64,000 bases of DNA from Verrucomicrobiota bacterium. Its GTDB lineage: Bacteria; Verrucomicrobiota; Verrucomicrobiia; Limisphaerales; CANJXF01. Location of the stretch: assembly GCA_043775015.1 (NCBI GenBank), contig JAYVSV010000047.1, positions 67,876 to 131,875 on the forward strand, given 5' to 3'. Both the position numbers and the translations under genes were made by a program. How positions within the stretch are numbered: the first letter of the stretch is position 1; each line of letters opens with the position of its first letter. Positions 1 to 8,668 of the stretch are shown here, piece by piece. A model generated the notes under the pieces. That model had not been told where the DNA came from. It saw only the letters and a program-made list of their open reading frames with translations, and ran no database searches.

Positions 1-203
1 CGGTTGAATTGCTGTTGCAAGTTGGCGAATTAAAAGTGCTCGCAGCGGAAAAACAGGTGACCACCATCGAGGTTCAGGGCGATAGGCTCATGCTCACGCG
101 CAACAACGATTTCATAATGGTGGGTGGAAAATTCCCGCGCCTTTCCAGGAAAGACGCCCCCGCGCGCTTGAAGGAAATCAAGAAGCTTCTCCTCGCGCTT
201 TAA
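1..203 (+). CDS. Probable C-terminal end of a transcription-repair coupling factor (Mfd-like); partial, runs off the window start
   Basis: The ORF is open to the window edge. The tail ...VTTIEVQGDRLMLTR...GGKFPRL...RLKEIKKLL resembles the layout of the Mfd C-terminal domain. This is a weak by-eye similarity only. Confidence 0.4.
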   Translation, partial: VELLLQVGELKVLAAEKQVTTIEVQGDRLMLTRNNDFIMVGGKFPRLSRKDAPARLKEIKKLLLAL

Positions 204-302
204 TTTTAGCCGTTACTCCGAACTTGGATTGTTTCAATTTTGCGCAACGAAGCCGATTTCGTAGTTGCTCAAATTACATCGTTCCTTAACGTTCGTTCCA
301 AG

Positions 303-3300
303 ATGCCTCTGGCTTGGAACGAAATCCGACACCGCGCAATTAAGTTTGCCAACGACTGGCCCAATGCCGCCAGCGAATCCGCCGACAAACAAACCTTCTG
401 GAACGAATTCTTCGATGTCTTTGGCGTGGCGCGCAAAACCGTGGCCTCCTTTGAAGCGCCGGTGAAGAAAGTCTCCGGCCACGATGGTTTCATTGATTTG
501 TTTTGGAAAGGTCAACTGATCGTCGAACACAAGTCGCTCGGCGGAAATCTCAGCAAAGCGCAGTCGCAGGCTTTCGATTACATTCAGGCGCTCGCCGCCG
601 AAGGGAAGCACAACGAAATTCCGCGCTACGTCATCGTCTCCGACTTTGCGCGCATCGTTCTCTACGACCTCGAACCCGAGGAACAGAAAGACTTGCCGCT
701 GTTCAATAATCGCCGCGTGCAGATTGCGGCGGAATTTCCGCTCAACGAATTTCACAAGAACATCCGCCCGTTCGCCTTCATCGCGGGCTACAAACAGCAA
801 AAGCTCGATCCTGAAGACCCGGCCAATCTCGAAGCCGCGAAGATCATGGCCAATCTTCACGACGCGCTCAAAGCCGGGAACTACATCGGCCACGAACTCC
901 GCGTCTTTCTCGTCCGCATTCTCTTTTGCCTCTTTGCCGAAGACGCCGGCATCTTTCCGCAGCCACGCCAGTTCGAGCTTTACCTGACCAACCACACTGC
1001 GCCCGACGGCTCCGACCTCGGCACCAAGCTCGCGCATCTTTTCCAAATCCTAAACATCGAAGTCTCGAAGCGGCAAAAGAACCTTGACGAAGACCTCGCC
1101 GAATTTCCTTACGTGAACGGCGACCTGTTCAAAGAGCAACTCAAGTTCGCCGATTTCAACAGCGACATGCGCAACGCTCTTCTCGCCGCGTGCGCGTTTC
1201 GTTGGGAAAAGATTTCTCCTGCCGTCTTCGGTTCGCTCTTTCAGGAAGTGATGCTCGCTCCGGAACGCCGCCAGCTTGGCGCGCATTACACTGCCGAGAA
1301 AAACATCATGAAGGTCGTCCGGTCGCTTTTCCTCAATGACCTCCGCGCGGAACTGGAAGCGATCAAGACCGACAAATCCACCCGGCGCGCGGCGCGGCTC
1401 GAAGAATTTCACCAGAAGCTCTCCCGCCTGTGTTTTTTCGATCCCGCGTGCGGTTGCGGCAACTTTCTTGTCATCACCTACCGCGAATTGCGCGCGCTGG
1501 AGTTGGAAGTGCTCAAGCTCATTTACGGCAAGCAGACGGAAATGACGCTCGACGCCGTGAACAAACTTTCCACGCTCGACGTGGACCAGATGTTTGGCAT
1601 TGAGATTGAAGAATTCCCGGCGCGCATTGCGGAAGTGGCGCTCTGGCTGACCGACCATCAAGCGAACATGGAATTGTCGATTGCCTTCACGCAACGCTAC
1701 CTCCGCATCCCGCTGCGCAAGAGTCCGCACATCCACGTCGGCAACGCGCTGCGCATGGATTGGAAACAAGTGCTCGCGCCGGAGAAATGTTCTTACATTT
1801 TGGGCAATCCGCCGTTTGTGGGAAAGCACTTGATGAACGGAGGCCAAGATGAAGACATGGCTGTCGTGTGGGGCGAATTAAATGGCGCTGGCTTTCTCGA
1901 CTATGTAACCGGCTGGTACGCCAAAGCAGCCAATTACATAGCAGGAACCAAAATCGTAGTTGGATTCGTTTCAACAAACTCGATTACGCAAGGCGAGCAA
2001 GTTGGAATTTTGTGGAACGAGCTATTCCAGAAATACGGAATCAAAATCCACTTTGCTCATCGCACCTTCGCTTGGCAAAGCGAAGCACGCGGTCGCGCCC
2101 ATGTTCATGTTGTCATCGTGGGCTTTGCTGCGTTCAACACACTCACAAAGAAGATTTACGACTACCACGATGATGAAGATCGTCCAGTCGTTTCTACAGC
2201 AGCGAACATCAGCCCATATTTGATTGACGCAGCGGATATCGCGTTGCCGATTCGCCGCAACCCAATTTGCGCGGTTCCGTTCATCGTCAACGGCAACAAA
2301 CCAGCAGATGGCGGTTTTCTCATCGTTGAAGATGATCAACGAAAAACTTTTCTTGAGAACAATCCGGGTGCCGCGCCTTACCTCCGCGAGATGTTAAGTG
2401 CTGACCAGTATCTGAATGGAGCAAAGCGCTGGGTGCTTTGGTTAATCGACGCGCCTCCACAGGTTGTGAAAGACAATCCCGACGTTCACGAACGGGTAAA
2501 GGCTGTGCGCGAATTCAGATTACGAAGTCCGAAGGAATCGACAAAACGAATGGCGGATAAGCCATCGCTCTTTGATCAAATCCGACAGCCGACTTCACGC
2601 TATTTACTCATTCCACGTCATTCATCCGAAAATCGGCGCTACGTACCGTTTGGCTATTTCACACCCGACTATATTATTTCCGATAGTTGCACAGCGATTC
2701 CAGACGCGACGCTTTATCATTTTGCGGTGATTTCATCGGCTATGCATATGTCGTGGCTTCGCCAAGTGTGCGGTCGCATCAAGTCTGATTTTCGCTACTC
2801 AAACAAACTTGTTTACAACAACTTCCCCTGGCCGCAAACGCCGAGCGAGGCGCAGAAGACTGCGGTGGAAAAGGCCGCGCAAGCCGTGCTCGATGCCCGC
2901 GCGCAATTTATGTCCCCGGAGGGGACAGGGAAATTAGCCGGGGGTTGCAGCGCAGCGGAAACCCCCGGTCACATCCAAAAAGGAAAGGCACCCCGGAGGG
3001 GTGCCGGAACCGCCGCGCCGCCCGCCTTCCGCGACCCCGCCGGGGTCGAATCTCTTTCGGACGTTGATCCCGGGGGTATCGCTGGCGCTCAACCCCCGGC
3101 TAATCTCCCGCATCCCTCCGGGATAAAATCCTGCACGCTGGCCGACCTCTACGATCCCGTCGCCATGCCACCCGCGCTCGCCAAAGCGCATTCGGAACTC
3201 GACCGCGCCGTGGACCGTTGCTACCGCAAAGAACCTTTCGCCAGCGACCGCGCCCGCGTGGAATACCTCTTCCAACTCTACGAGAAATTGACCGCGCCTT

Positions 3301-3458
3301 TGATTGCTGCCGCGAACGCGAAACCGAAACGCGCAAAATCGCCGTATGCCAAGTCGCCGCGCAATCCATCGCATCCAAGCCTGACGCCGGAAAAATCATT
3401 TGGCGATGCTGCCCACTTTTACGGCAAAGAAGATTACACGCCTTATCACGCTCCTTGA
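303..3458 (+). CDS. MmeI-family type IIL/IIG restriction-modification enzyme (N-terminal PD-(D/E)XK nuclease fused to an N6-adenine DNA methyltransferase)
   Basis: The N-terminus MPLAWNEIRHRAIKFANDW...FWNEFFDVFGV...GFIDLFWKGQLIVEHKS carries a D-x9-E-x-K nuclease motif. It also has the SAM-binding FFDPACGCGNFL, the catalytic LGNPPFVGK, and the C-terminal TLADLYDP..MP..L.KAH..LD. I prefer the ATG at 303 over the TTG at 240. Confidence 0.8.
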   Translation: MPLAWNEIRHRAIKFANDWPNAASESADKQTFWNEFFDVFGVARKTVASFEAPVKKVSGHDGFIDLFWKGQLIVEHKSLGGNLSKAQSQAFDYIQALAAEGKHNEIPRYVIVSDFARIVLYDLEPEEQKDLPLFNNRRVQIAAEFPLNEFHKNIRPFAFIAGYKQQKLDPEDPANLEAAKIMANLHDALKAGNYIGHELRVFLVRILFCLFAEDAGIFPQPRQFELYLTNHTAPDGSDLGTKLAHLFQILNIEVSKRQKNLDEDLAEFPYVNGDLFKEQLKFADFNSDMRNALLAACAFRWEKISPAVFGSLFQEVMLAPERRQLGAHYTAEKNIMKVVRSLFLNDLRAELEAIKTDKSTRRAARLEEFHQKLSRLCFFDPACGCGNFLVITYRELRALELEVLKLIYGKQTEMTLDAVNKLSTLDVDQMFGIEIEEFPARIAEVALWLTDHQANMELSIAFTQRYLRIPLRKSPHIHVGNALRMDWKQVLAPEKCSYILGNPPFVGKHLMNGGQDEDMAVVWGELNGAGFLDYVTGWYAKAANYIAGTKIVVGFVSTNSITQGEQVGILWNELFQKYGIKIHFAHRTFAWQSEARGRAHVHVVIVGFAAFNTLTKKIYDYHDDEDRPVVSTAANISPYLIDAADIALPIRRNPICAVPFIVNGNKPADGGFLIVEDDQRKTFLENNPGAAPYLREMLSADQYLNGAKRWVLWLIDAPPQVVKDNPDVHERVKAVREFRLRSPKESTKRMADKPSLFDQIRQPTSRYLLIPRHSSENRRYVPFGYFTPDYIISDSCTAIPDATLYHFAVISSAMHMSWLRQVCGRIKSDFRYSNKLVYNNFPWPQTPSEAQKTAVEKAAQAVLDARAQFMSPEGTGKLAGGCSAAETPGHIQKGKAPRRGAGTAAPPAFRDPAGVESLSDVDPGGIAGAQPPANLPHPSGIKSCTLADLYDPVAMPPALAKAHSELDRAVDRCYRKEPFASDRARVEYLFQLYEKLTAPLIAAANAKPKRAKSPYAKSPRNPSHPSLTPEKSFGDAAHFYGKEDYTPYHAP
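2912..3124. mobile_element. 213-bp nested-palindrome MITE-like element lying in frame inside the MmeI-family gene
   Basis: The ends are inverted (gtccccggaggggac at 2912-2926 and atccctccgggat at 3112-3124). The subterminal arms agccgggggttg (2936-2947) and caacccccggct (3090-3101) pair with each other. The centre is the hairpin ggcaccccggaggggtgcc (2987-3005). The architecture matches the intergenic element at 29998-30184. Confidence 0.7.
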
Positions 3459-3479
3459 CTATCGGGTGAGCTTATGGCG

Positions 3480-3551
3480 GGTAGGGTGCGTCACTCCTCC
3501 GTGCGCGCCGTTGGTTGCCAGCCATGCCCGGCGCGCACGGAGTGACGCGCC
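3480..3551. repeat. REP-like palindromic element (gtagggtgcgtcactccgtgcgcgccg / cggcgcgcacggagtgacgcgccctac arms)
   Basis: Two inverted arms of about 27 bp separated by about 18 bp. The same arms recur at 27965-28031. Confidence 0.85.
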
Positions 3552-3871
3552 CTACCTCACCACCCAGGCTTTCGGACATAAAATATCCGGTTCCCTGGTT
3601 CCCCCACGGATGTCCAATCCTCCTTGAGAAATCCGTTCCATTGGAAAAATATTTTTTATGCGCTGCGGCCCTGCGCAAGGCGGCAGCATCCTCCAACTCG
3701 TTCCTGCGAATTCAGGACTGACCGTGAACATCTGCGAACTGGGTCCGAGTGCGTGAGTAAATTCATTTACAATAATATCCGCTGTCCACAAACGTCGGAT
3801 AAGACGCAGAAGATGGCGGTGGATTGCAGAAAATTCTTGGTACGGCCGCAGTCTTTGCGGATGATTGTTGC

Positions 3872-4831
3872 ATGAAGAAGACTGTCGGCAAAGTGGTCGC
3901 GTCCTCAAACGCGGTCCAAAAGACTCCACGAAAAGCGACCAAGGGACTCATCCATCCCGTGGTCATCTATCCATTCCGGCAGCCAGATGATTACCGGGAC
4001 TTGAAGCAGCTCTACAGTTTGGTTGCGCGGTTGGCGGCGCAACCGGAGACTTACGCACGGCCCATCACCGTGATTGACCGGAAAACCTCCAATCGCATGG
4101 CGGGGAACAAAGTGTTCCTTGATTTCCGAAATCAAACTGTGGCCAAGTACTCTGACGTGCTGGACGCGTGGTGCGTGGACACTTGCCAGATGTGGTATGC
4201 GGGGCTGGGCATGGCTTTTGATCGCGGCGGGCCAGATGATGTTTATTGGTTGATCCCGGGTGATTTCAACTATGGCGATCCCGTGGGGCAGGAGGTGTTG
4301 GGCCGGTTGCACGACCTGCCGGAGATTTGCGCTGAATTGAAGCAGGATGTTTGCATCGGCGAAATCGCGACGGACCACAAAAATCCGAAACAATTGATCG
4401 ACACCTACGGCACGTTCGCGCTGCTCTACACCTGGTTTCCAAGTGAAGCCAGTGAAATTCGCGAATACACGGAAAGACCTCGAAGCGAGTTTTTCGCTAT
4501 TCAGCACGATTTCTTGCGTGAAATGCTAAACCGGCGCTGGTTCGCCTATGAGCAGACGATGGTGATCTTGTTGCAGGCTGTGTTCAGCCGGAAAAGGATC
4601 TCTCGTTTCTTTGTGGGAAACATTTCCGATCTGCCAGAAGGACGAGAGAGCCTGGCCTCGGCGATGCAACAAGTGGAACGGACCGAACGTGTCCTCAAAA
4701 CGCTGTGGCGCGAACGCCAGGGCGAGCAGGCCGAATGGAGCAAACAGTATCGTCTCCTTGAGAGCCAATCCGAGCAGGTTCGTTGCACGGCATTGACGCT
4801 GTTGGAAAACCTTTTGAATCGTCCAGTATGA
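3872..4831 (+). CDS. Hypothetical protein (319 aa), no family assigned
   Basis: A long ORF whose stop overlaps the next gene's start (ATGA at 4828-4831). I recognise no motif with confidence. ATG at 3872 is preferred. Confidence 0.6.
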   Translation: MKKTVGKVVASSNAVQKTPRKATKGLIHPVVIYPFRQPDDYRDLKQLYSLVARLAAQPETYARPITVIDRKTSNRMAGNKVFLDFRNQTVAKYSDVLDAWCVDTCQMWYAGLGMAFDRGGPDDVYWLIPGDFNYGDPVGQEVLGRLHDLPEICAELKQDVCIGEIATDHKNPKQLIDTYGTFALLYTWFPSEASEIREYTERPRSEFFAIQHDFLREMLNRRWFAYEQTMVILLQAVFSRKRISRFFVGNISDLPEGRESLASAMQQVERTERVLKTLWRERQGEQAEWSKQYRLLESQSEQVRCTALTLLENLLNRPV

Positions 4832-5127
4832 ATTCGATAAATCGAAATCCTTACGGTGCCAATCGAAATTTACGGGCAGTGAATTTCATCTGCAACTCGC
4901 CCCAGGCGCAGTCGGTTAGTGTGGTGGGCGACTTTAACCAATGGAACCCAAGGGCAAATTTGCTGAAGCAAACACCTGACGGAGCGTGGCTTTTGCAGGT
5001 GGAACTGCGCCATGGTCATCACCGCTACGCTTTCCTGGTGGATGGCCATCTAACGCTGGACCCAAGGGCACAAGGTGTTACCCGCGACGACCAGGGACAA
5101 CGTGTCTCGTTGATGGCGGTGAGTTGA
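4828..5127 (+). CDS. Stand-alone CBM48 / glycogen-binding (E-set, isoamylase N-terminal-like) domain protein
   Basis: VSVVGDFNQWNP...L...PDGAW...VELRHGHHRYAFLVDG....DP is the classic CBM48/AMPK-beta-type pattern. The gene is translationally coupled to the upstream gene. Confidence 0.65.
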   Translation: MNSINRNPYGANRNLRAVNFICNSPQAQSVSVVGDFNQWNPRANLLKQTPDGAWLLQVELRHGHHRYAFLVDGHLTLDPRAQGVTRDDQGQRVSLMAVS

Positions 5128-5183
5128 ACTGTGGAGTCCTCACTGGCCGGGGCCACCTCGTATTGCGAGCCTGTTGTTGAAAA

Positions 5184-5870
5184 TCAATGGCAGGTGTGAC
5201 ATCCGCTGCCTGCCGATAAGTCTGGACTGACGTAGGGAATGCCGAGCGATAATCCACGCAGGATCAGCAGAACTCCGAGTAGCACGAAGCAGATGGGAAT
5301 GAGCTTTTGAAATTTCAGTCGTAACGCGAAGTGCAGTTTTTTTCCGAGCAAGCCGATGGAGAGCAACATCGGGACGGTGCCGAGACCGAAGAAGAACATG
5401 TATTGAATTCCGGAAAGCAATTCGCCGGTCGCCGCTGCTCCCGCGCAGGCGACATAAGCCAGCCCGCAAGGAAGCAAACCGTTCAACATGCCGAGCAGCA
5501 GAAGCGAGTTGAAGGTGCGGCGGTGTAGAAGTTTTCCAAGCGCTGATTTTAAAATATCAACGGCGTGTGAGATGCGGGTGTTCAGCGCAAACTTGGTTGT
5601 GGCGAAGAACGCGATGAGGATGGCGATTCCAGCCGCAAGAGAAAGCCATCGTTGCAGACCCGCGAGCGCTAAGGTTTGCCCAATGACGCCGAACAGTGCG
5701 CCTAACAAACTATAAGTGATGACGCGGCCGGAGTTGTAAGCAATGCGGCCAAGCACGAAAGTTGTTTGCGAGTTTCCAGTGGCGGACAACGCCAGCGCGA
5801 GCGGGCCGCACATGCCCGCGCAATGCAGACTTCCCACCAGGCCGAGAATGAATGCTGTCCAGAGTTCCAT
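5184..5870 (-). CDS. TauE/SafE (DsbD_2-type) family membrane protein at the end of the cco cluster
   Basis: A multi-pass hydrophobic protein with GSLHCAGMCGP and LLPCG motifs. It sits directly after ccoH, as in many cco accessory clusters. Confidence 0.65.
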   Translation of the reverse strand: MELWTAFILGLVGSLHCAGMCGPLALALSATGNSQTTFVLGRIAYNSGRVITYSLLGALFGVIGQTLALAGLQRWLSLAAGIAILIAFFATTKFALNTRISHAVDILKSALGKLLHRRTFNSLLLLGMLNGLLPCGLAYVACAGAAATGELLSGIQYMFFFGLGTVPMLLSIGLLGKKLHFALRLKFQKLIPICFVLLGVLLILRGLSLGIPYVSPDLSAGSGCHTCH

Positions 5871-5874
5871 CGCG

Positions 5875-6345
5875 TCAGGTAATCACGAGAGTTTGATCGA
5901 AGAAATAGTCGCGTCCATCCACGGTCCATTGCACGCGCACCTTCCACAAACCGGGTCGAAGTTTTGCGGCGTCCACGCTTTGAATGCCTTGGGCGTCGAG
6001 TGCGAGTTGAATTTTTTGGTCGAGCTTGGAATCGGATGGACGATAGAGATCGATTTCGCCTGTGCTCGGTTTGCCACTTCCGACCGGCAGGACGATTCGC
6101 ACGGTGCGTTCTCTCGAATCAAAGCTGATTGCAACCAGTGACTTGATCGGCTGCGTGCGGTTCATGCTGTCCAGCCGGTGCTGAAATTTTATCTCCTGCT
6201 CGTAGTAGTCGCCGCGAACCAAATCCATGTGTTGGCCCGTGGACCAAATGATATAACCAACGATGAACAAGATAAGGACAGCGAAAAACGCAATGATGGC
6301 GATGGGCCAGGGATTGCGCGAAGTGGAGATGGTGGGTGTGTTCAT
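5875..6345 (-). CDS. ccoH: FixH/CcoH family protein
   Basis: NPWPIAIIAFFAVLILF...LVRGDYYEQEIKFQ is the typical FixH N-terminus. The gene lies between ccoG and the TauE-like gene. Confidence 0.75.
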   Translation of the reverse strand: MNTPTISTSRNPWPIAIIAFFAVLILFIVGYIIWSTGQHMDLVRGDYYEQEIKFQHRLDSMNRTQPIKSLVAISFDSRERTVRIVLPVGSGKPSTGEIDLYRPSDSKLDQKIQLALDAQGIQSVDAAKLRPGLWKVRVQWTVDGRDYFFDQTLVIT

Positions 6346-6356
6346 ATAATCTGGAG

Positions 6357-7823
6357 TTAATCACGCGGCCCGACGAAAACAGTATTCACGCTGTCGAGCA
6401 GTTTGCCTTTCGAATAAATGCCGACCTTTAATTTGGTGGTGGCGCCGGTCAACTGGGCGGGAGTCAACTCAACGACCACGGAGGATTGCGCGAGCTTTTC
6501 CTTGGGGACGATCAAGTCGCTGTTGCCCATGACCGTGAGTTTACCGGAGATGTTCTCCAGTTTCAGTTCGACTGGGATGTCGTGTGAGGTTTTGTTGACG
6601 AGCTTGAGCGTGTAAATGTTTTGCACCTTACCATCGACAGTCCTTTGGAAAAGGGCACCGGGCGCGCGGAGCAGGGTGGTTTGCACATCGGTCCGCGTGA
6701 AGAGGAGGAAAAGGAACAGAGAAATCAACGCGACCAAGACCACGCTGTAACCTTTCATGCGCGGAGTGAAACGCTGCTTCTCGCCGTGTTCGATGTTGTT
6801 GAGCGAGGCGAAGCGAATCAGTCCACGTGGTTTGCCAACCTTGTCCATGATGGTGTCGCAGGCGTCGATGCAGGCGGTGCAATTCACACATTCCATTTGC
6901 GTGCCGTCACGGATGTCGATGCCCGTGGGGCAGACGGTGACGCATTGGCGGCACGCGACGCAATCGCCGAACCCGGCGGACTGGCGCTGCTCGGGCGACT
7001 GTTCGCGATGCAGCGGGGCGCGCTTCTCGCCGCGTTTGTAGTCGTAGGCGACAACCAGCGTGTTCTCGTCGAGGATCGCAGACTGGAGCCGGCCATAAGG
7101 ACAAATGAAAGTGCAAGCCTGCTCGCGGAACCGCGCAAAGATCGCGTAGAAGAGCAGCGTGAACAATATCATGAAAGTCAGGCCAACCAGATGATTTCGC
7201 GGATCGTCGCGGATGATGTGAACGAGTTGATCGCTGCCGATGATGTAACTGAGCAACGTGTTGCCGATGACAAACGAAAGAGTGAAAAAAATCGTGTGCT
7301 TGAATGTCTTCTTTCTGATCTTCGATGCAGTCCACGGTGCGGCGGCCAGCGCGCGTTGTTCTGCATGATCGCCTTCGATGGCGTATTCGATTTTGCGGAA
7401 AACCATTTCCATCAGCAACGTTTGTGGGCAGGTCCAACCGCACCAAAGCCGGCCAAACGCCGTGGTGAAAATAATGATGCCGACAACGAACACGAGCATC
7501 GCGACGGTGAAGAGCAGGGTGTCCTGCGGCCAGAAAATTTGGCCGAGAATCGAGAATCGTCGCGACACAATGTCGATCATCAAGAGCGGGTTGCCGTTGA
7601 TGCGGATGAGCGGTCCCGCGAACATGATCGCGAGCAACAACCAACTCACGTAGGTGCGGCGGTCATACCATGGACCGGCGGGTTTCTTCGGATAAATCCA
7701 ACGGCGGTTGCCCTGCTTGTCCGCCGTCGCGAGATGGTCGCGGAAATCCTCCCAATTGACCTGTTGAGCAGGCCCGTGTGGATCGGGATCGGGCGAGGCT
7801 GGGGAAGATTTGTTCATGCTCAT
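6357..7823 (-). CDS. ccoG: Cytochrome c oxidase accessory protein CcoG (FixG/RdxA, 4Fe-4S ferredoxin type)
   Basis: RRWIYPKKP...GRLWCGWTCPQT...CVACRQCVTVCPTGIDIRDG...CVNCTACIDACD. Confidence 0.9.
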   Translation of the reverse strand: MSMNKSSPASPDPDPHGPAQQVNWEDFRDHLATADKQGNRRWIYPKKPAGPWYDRRTYVSWLLLAIMFAGPLIRINGNPLLMIDIVSRRFSILGQIFWPQDTLLFTVAMLVFVVGIIIFTTAFGRLWCGWTCPQTLLMEMVFRKIEYAIEGDHAEQRALAAAPWTASKIRKKTFKHTIFFTLSFVIGNTLLSYIIGSDQLVHIIRDDPRNHLVGLTFMILFTLLFYAIFARFREQACTFICPYGRLQSAILDENTLVVAYDYKRGEKRAPLHREQSPEQRQSAGFGDCVACRQCVTVCPTGIDIRDGTQMECVNCTACIDACDTIMDKVGKPRGLIRFASLNNIEHGEKQRFTPRMKGYSVVLVALISLFLFLLFTRTDVQTTLLRAPGALFQRTVDGKVQNIYTLKLVNKTSHDIPVELKLENISGKLTVMGNSDLIVPKEKLAQSSVVVELTPAQLTGATTKLKVGIYSKGKLLDSVNTVFVGPRD

Positions 7824-7870
7824 TCTTCAACCGCAGGCGACTCTGACCGCCTGCGGCTATCAGTGGGTCA

Positions 7871-8488
7871 TTACTCAAACGGACTTGGACCGGTGGGTGC
7901 CTGCTGCATATTTTCGGGTGGTTTTGGATTGGGCGGTTTCGTTCCCCGAAGTGTGTAGATGTAGCTGGCGACGGCTTGGATGTCGCCCGGCTTGAGCACG
8001 CCTTTCCAAGTGATCATGCCTTTTTCCGGCACGCCGTTGATAATGGTTTTGAGGTTGTCCACGTAGTTTGAACCGTGGATCCAGTAGTCGTCTGTGAGGT
8101 TTGGTCCGACCAGGCCGCCGCCGTCGGGACGATGACAGGGCGAACAGTAGGTTGTGTAGATCTGTGTGCCTTGACCAATCACGGCAGGATCCTTGGACGG
8201 CGTGATGGAACCGAGCGTCGCTTCGAACTTGTCCAACGCGGCCACCTTGATTGCCTCGCCTTGTTTCCATTCCTTCTCGTATTCGGCGGCCTGCAATTTG
8301 CCGACGTGGAAAACATGGTAGTAGCCCATATAAATGACGGAGAAGATAATGCTGAGGTAAAACAGCCACACCCACCAGCGCGGCAGGTTGTTGTCGAGCT
8401 CCTTGATACCGTCGGCTTCGTGATCCATCAGCAATGGATCGTTTGGTTCGTCGGGATTATGATTCATGGGATTGGTCTCCGGTTTCAA
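7871..8488 (-). CDS. ccoP: cbb3-type cytochrome c oxidase subunit III (CcoP), short form with a single visible heme-c motif
   Basis: DGIKELDNNLPRWWVWLFYLSIIFSVIY is the CcoP N-terminal domain. I see one CxxCH (CSPCH). The 5' end overlaps the ccoQ 3' end, so the start is uncertain. Confidence 0.8.
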   Translation of the reverse strand: MKPETNPMNHNPDEPNDPLLMDHEADGIKELDNNLPRWWVWLFYLSIIFSVIYMGYYHVFHVGKLQAAEYEKEWKQGEAIKVAALDKFEATLGSITPSKDPAVIGQGTQIYTTYCSPCHRPDGGGLVGPNLTDDYWIHGSNYVDNLKTIINGVPEKGMITWKGVLKPGDIQAVASYIYTLRGTKPPNPKPPENMQQAPTGPSPFE

Positions 8489-8660
8489 GTGAGGTTGGGG
8501 TTTCGTCGCTAAGTGGCAGCGAACTCATTTTTTTCAGAAACGGTTTCTTCAGGAGGAGCGTCCAGACGAGCGCGCCGGTGAACACGAGGAAGAAAAGGCA
8601 GATCGAAATCACGCCATAGGCGGCGACGCCGCCAATATCTGTCAGCACATTTTTAATCAT
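8457..8660 (-). CDS. ccoQ: CcoQ/FixQ-like small membrane subunit
   Basis: A 67-aa protein with a single TM helix (VAAYGVISICLFFLVFTGALVW), located between ccoNO and ccoP. Confidence 0.6.
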   Translation of the reverse strand: MIKNVLTDIGGVAAYGVISICLFFLVFTGALVWTLLLKKPFLKKMSSLPLSDETPTSLETGDQSHES

Positions 8661-8668
8661 AAACGTAT

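Noticed and set aside
234-1046. 270-aa ORF on the minus strand, antisense to the MmeI-family gene
   Set aside because: It lies entirely inside a well-supported plus-strand CDS and has an Arg/Gly/Val-rich, low-information composition typical of shadow ORFs. No motif.
303-3458. Whether the MmeI-like gene is the PglX methyltransferase of a BREX system
   Set aside because: It carries the N-terminal D..E.K nuclease domain typical of true MmeI-type enzymes. No brxA/B/C/L or pglZ-like genes are adjacent.
3400-3966. A cluster of 60-125-aa ORFs on both strands between the MmeI-like gene and the 3872 gene
   Set aside because: They are driven by the REP palindrome (GAHGVTRPT / SDAPY translations appear on both strands) and by mutual overlap. 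There are no motifs.
6621-7958. 445-aa plus-strand ORF across ccoG
   Set aside because: It is antisense to a gene with unmistakable CcoG motifs. The translation is an R/E/A-rich shadow-frame product.
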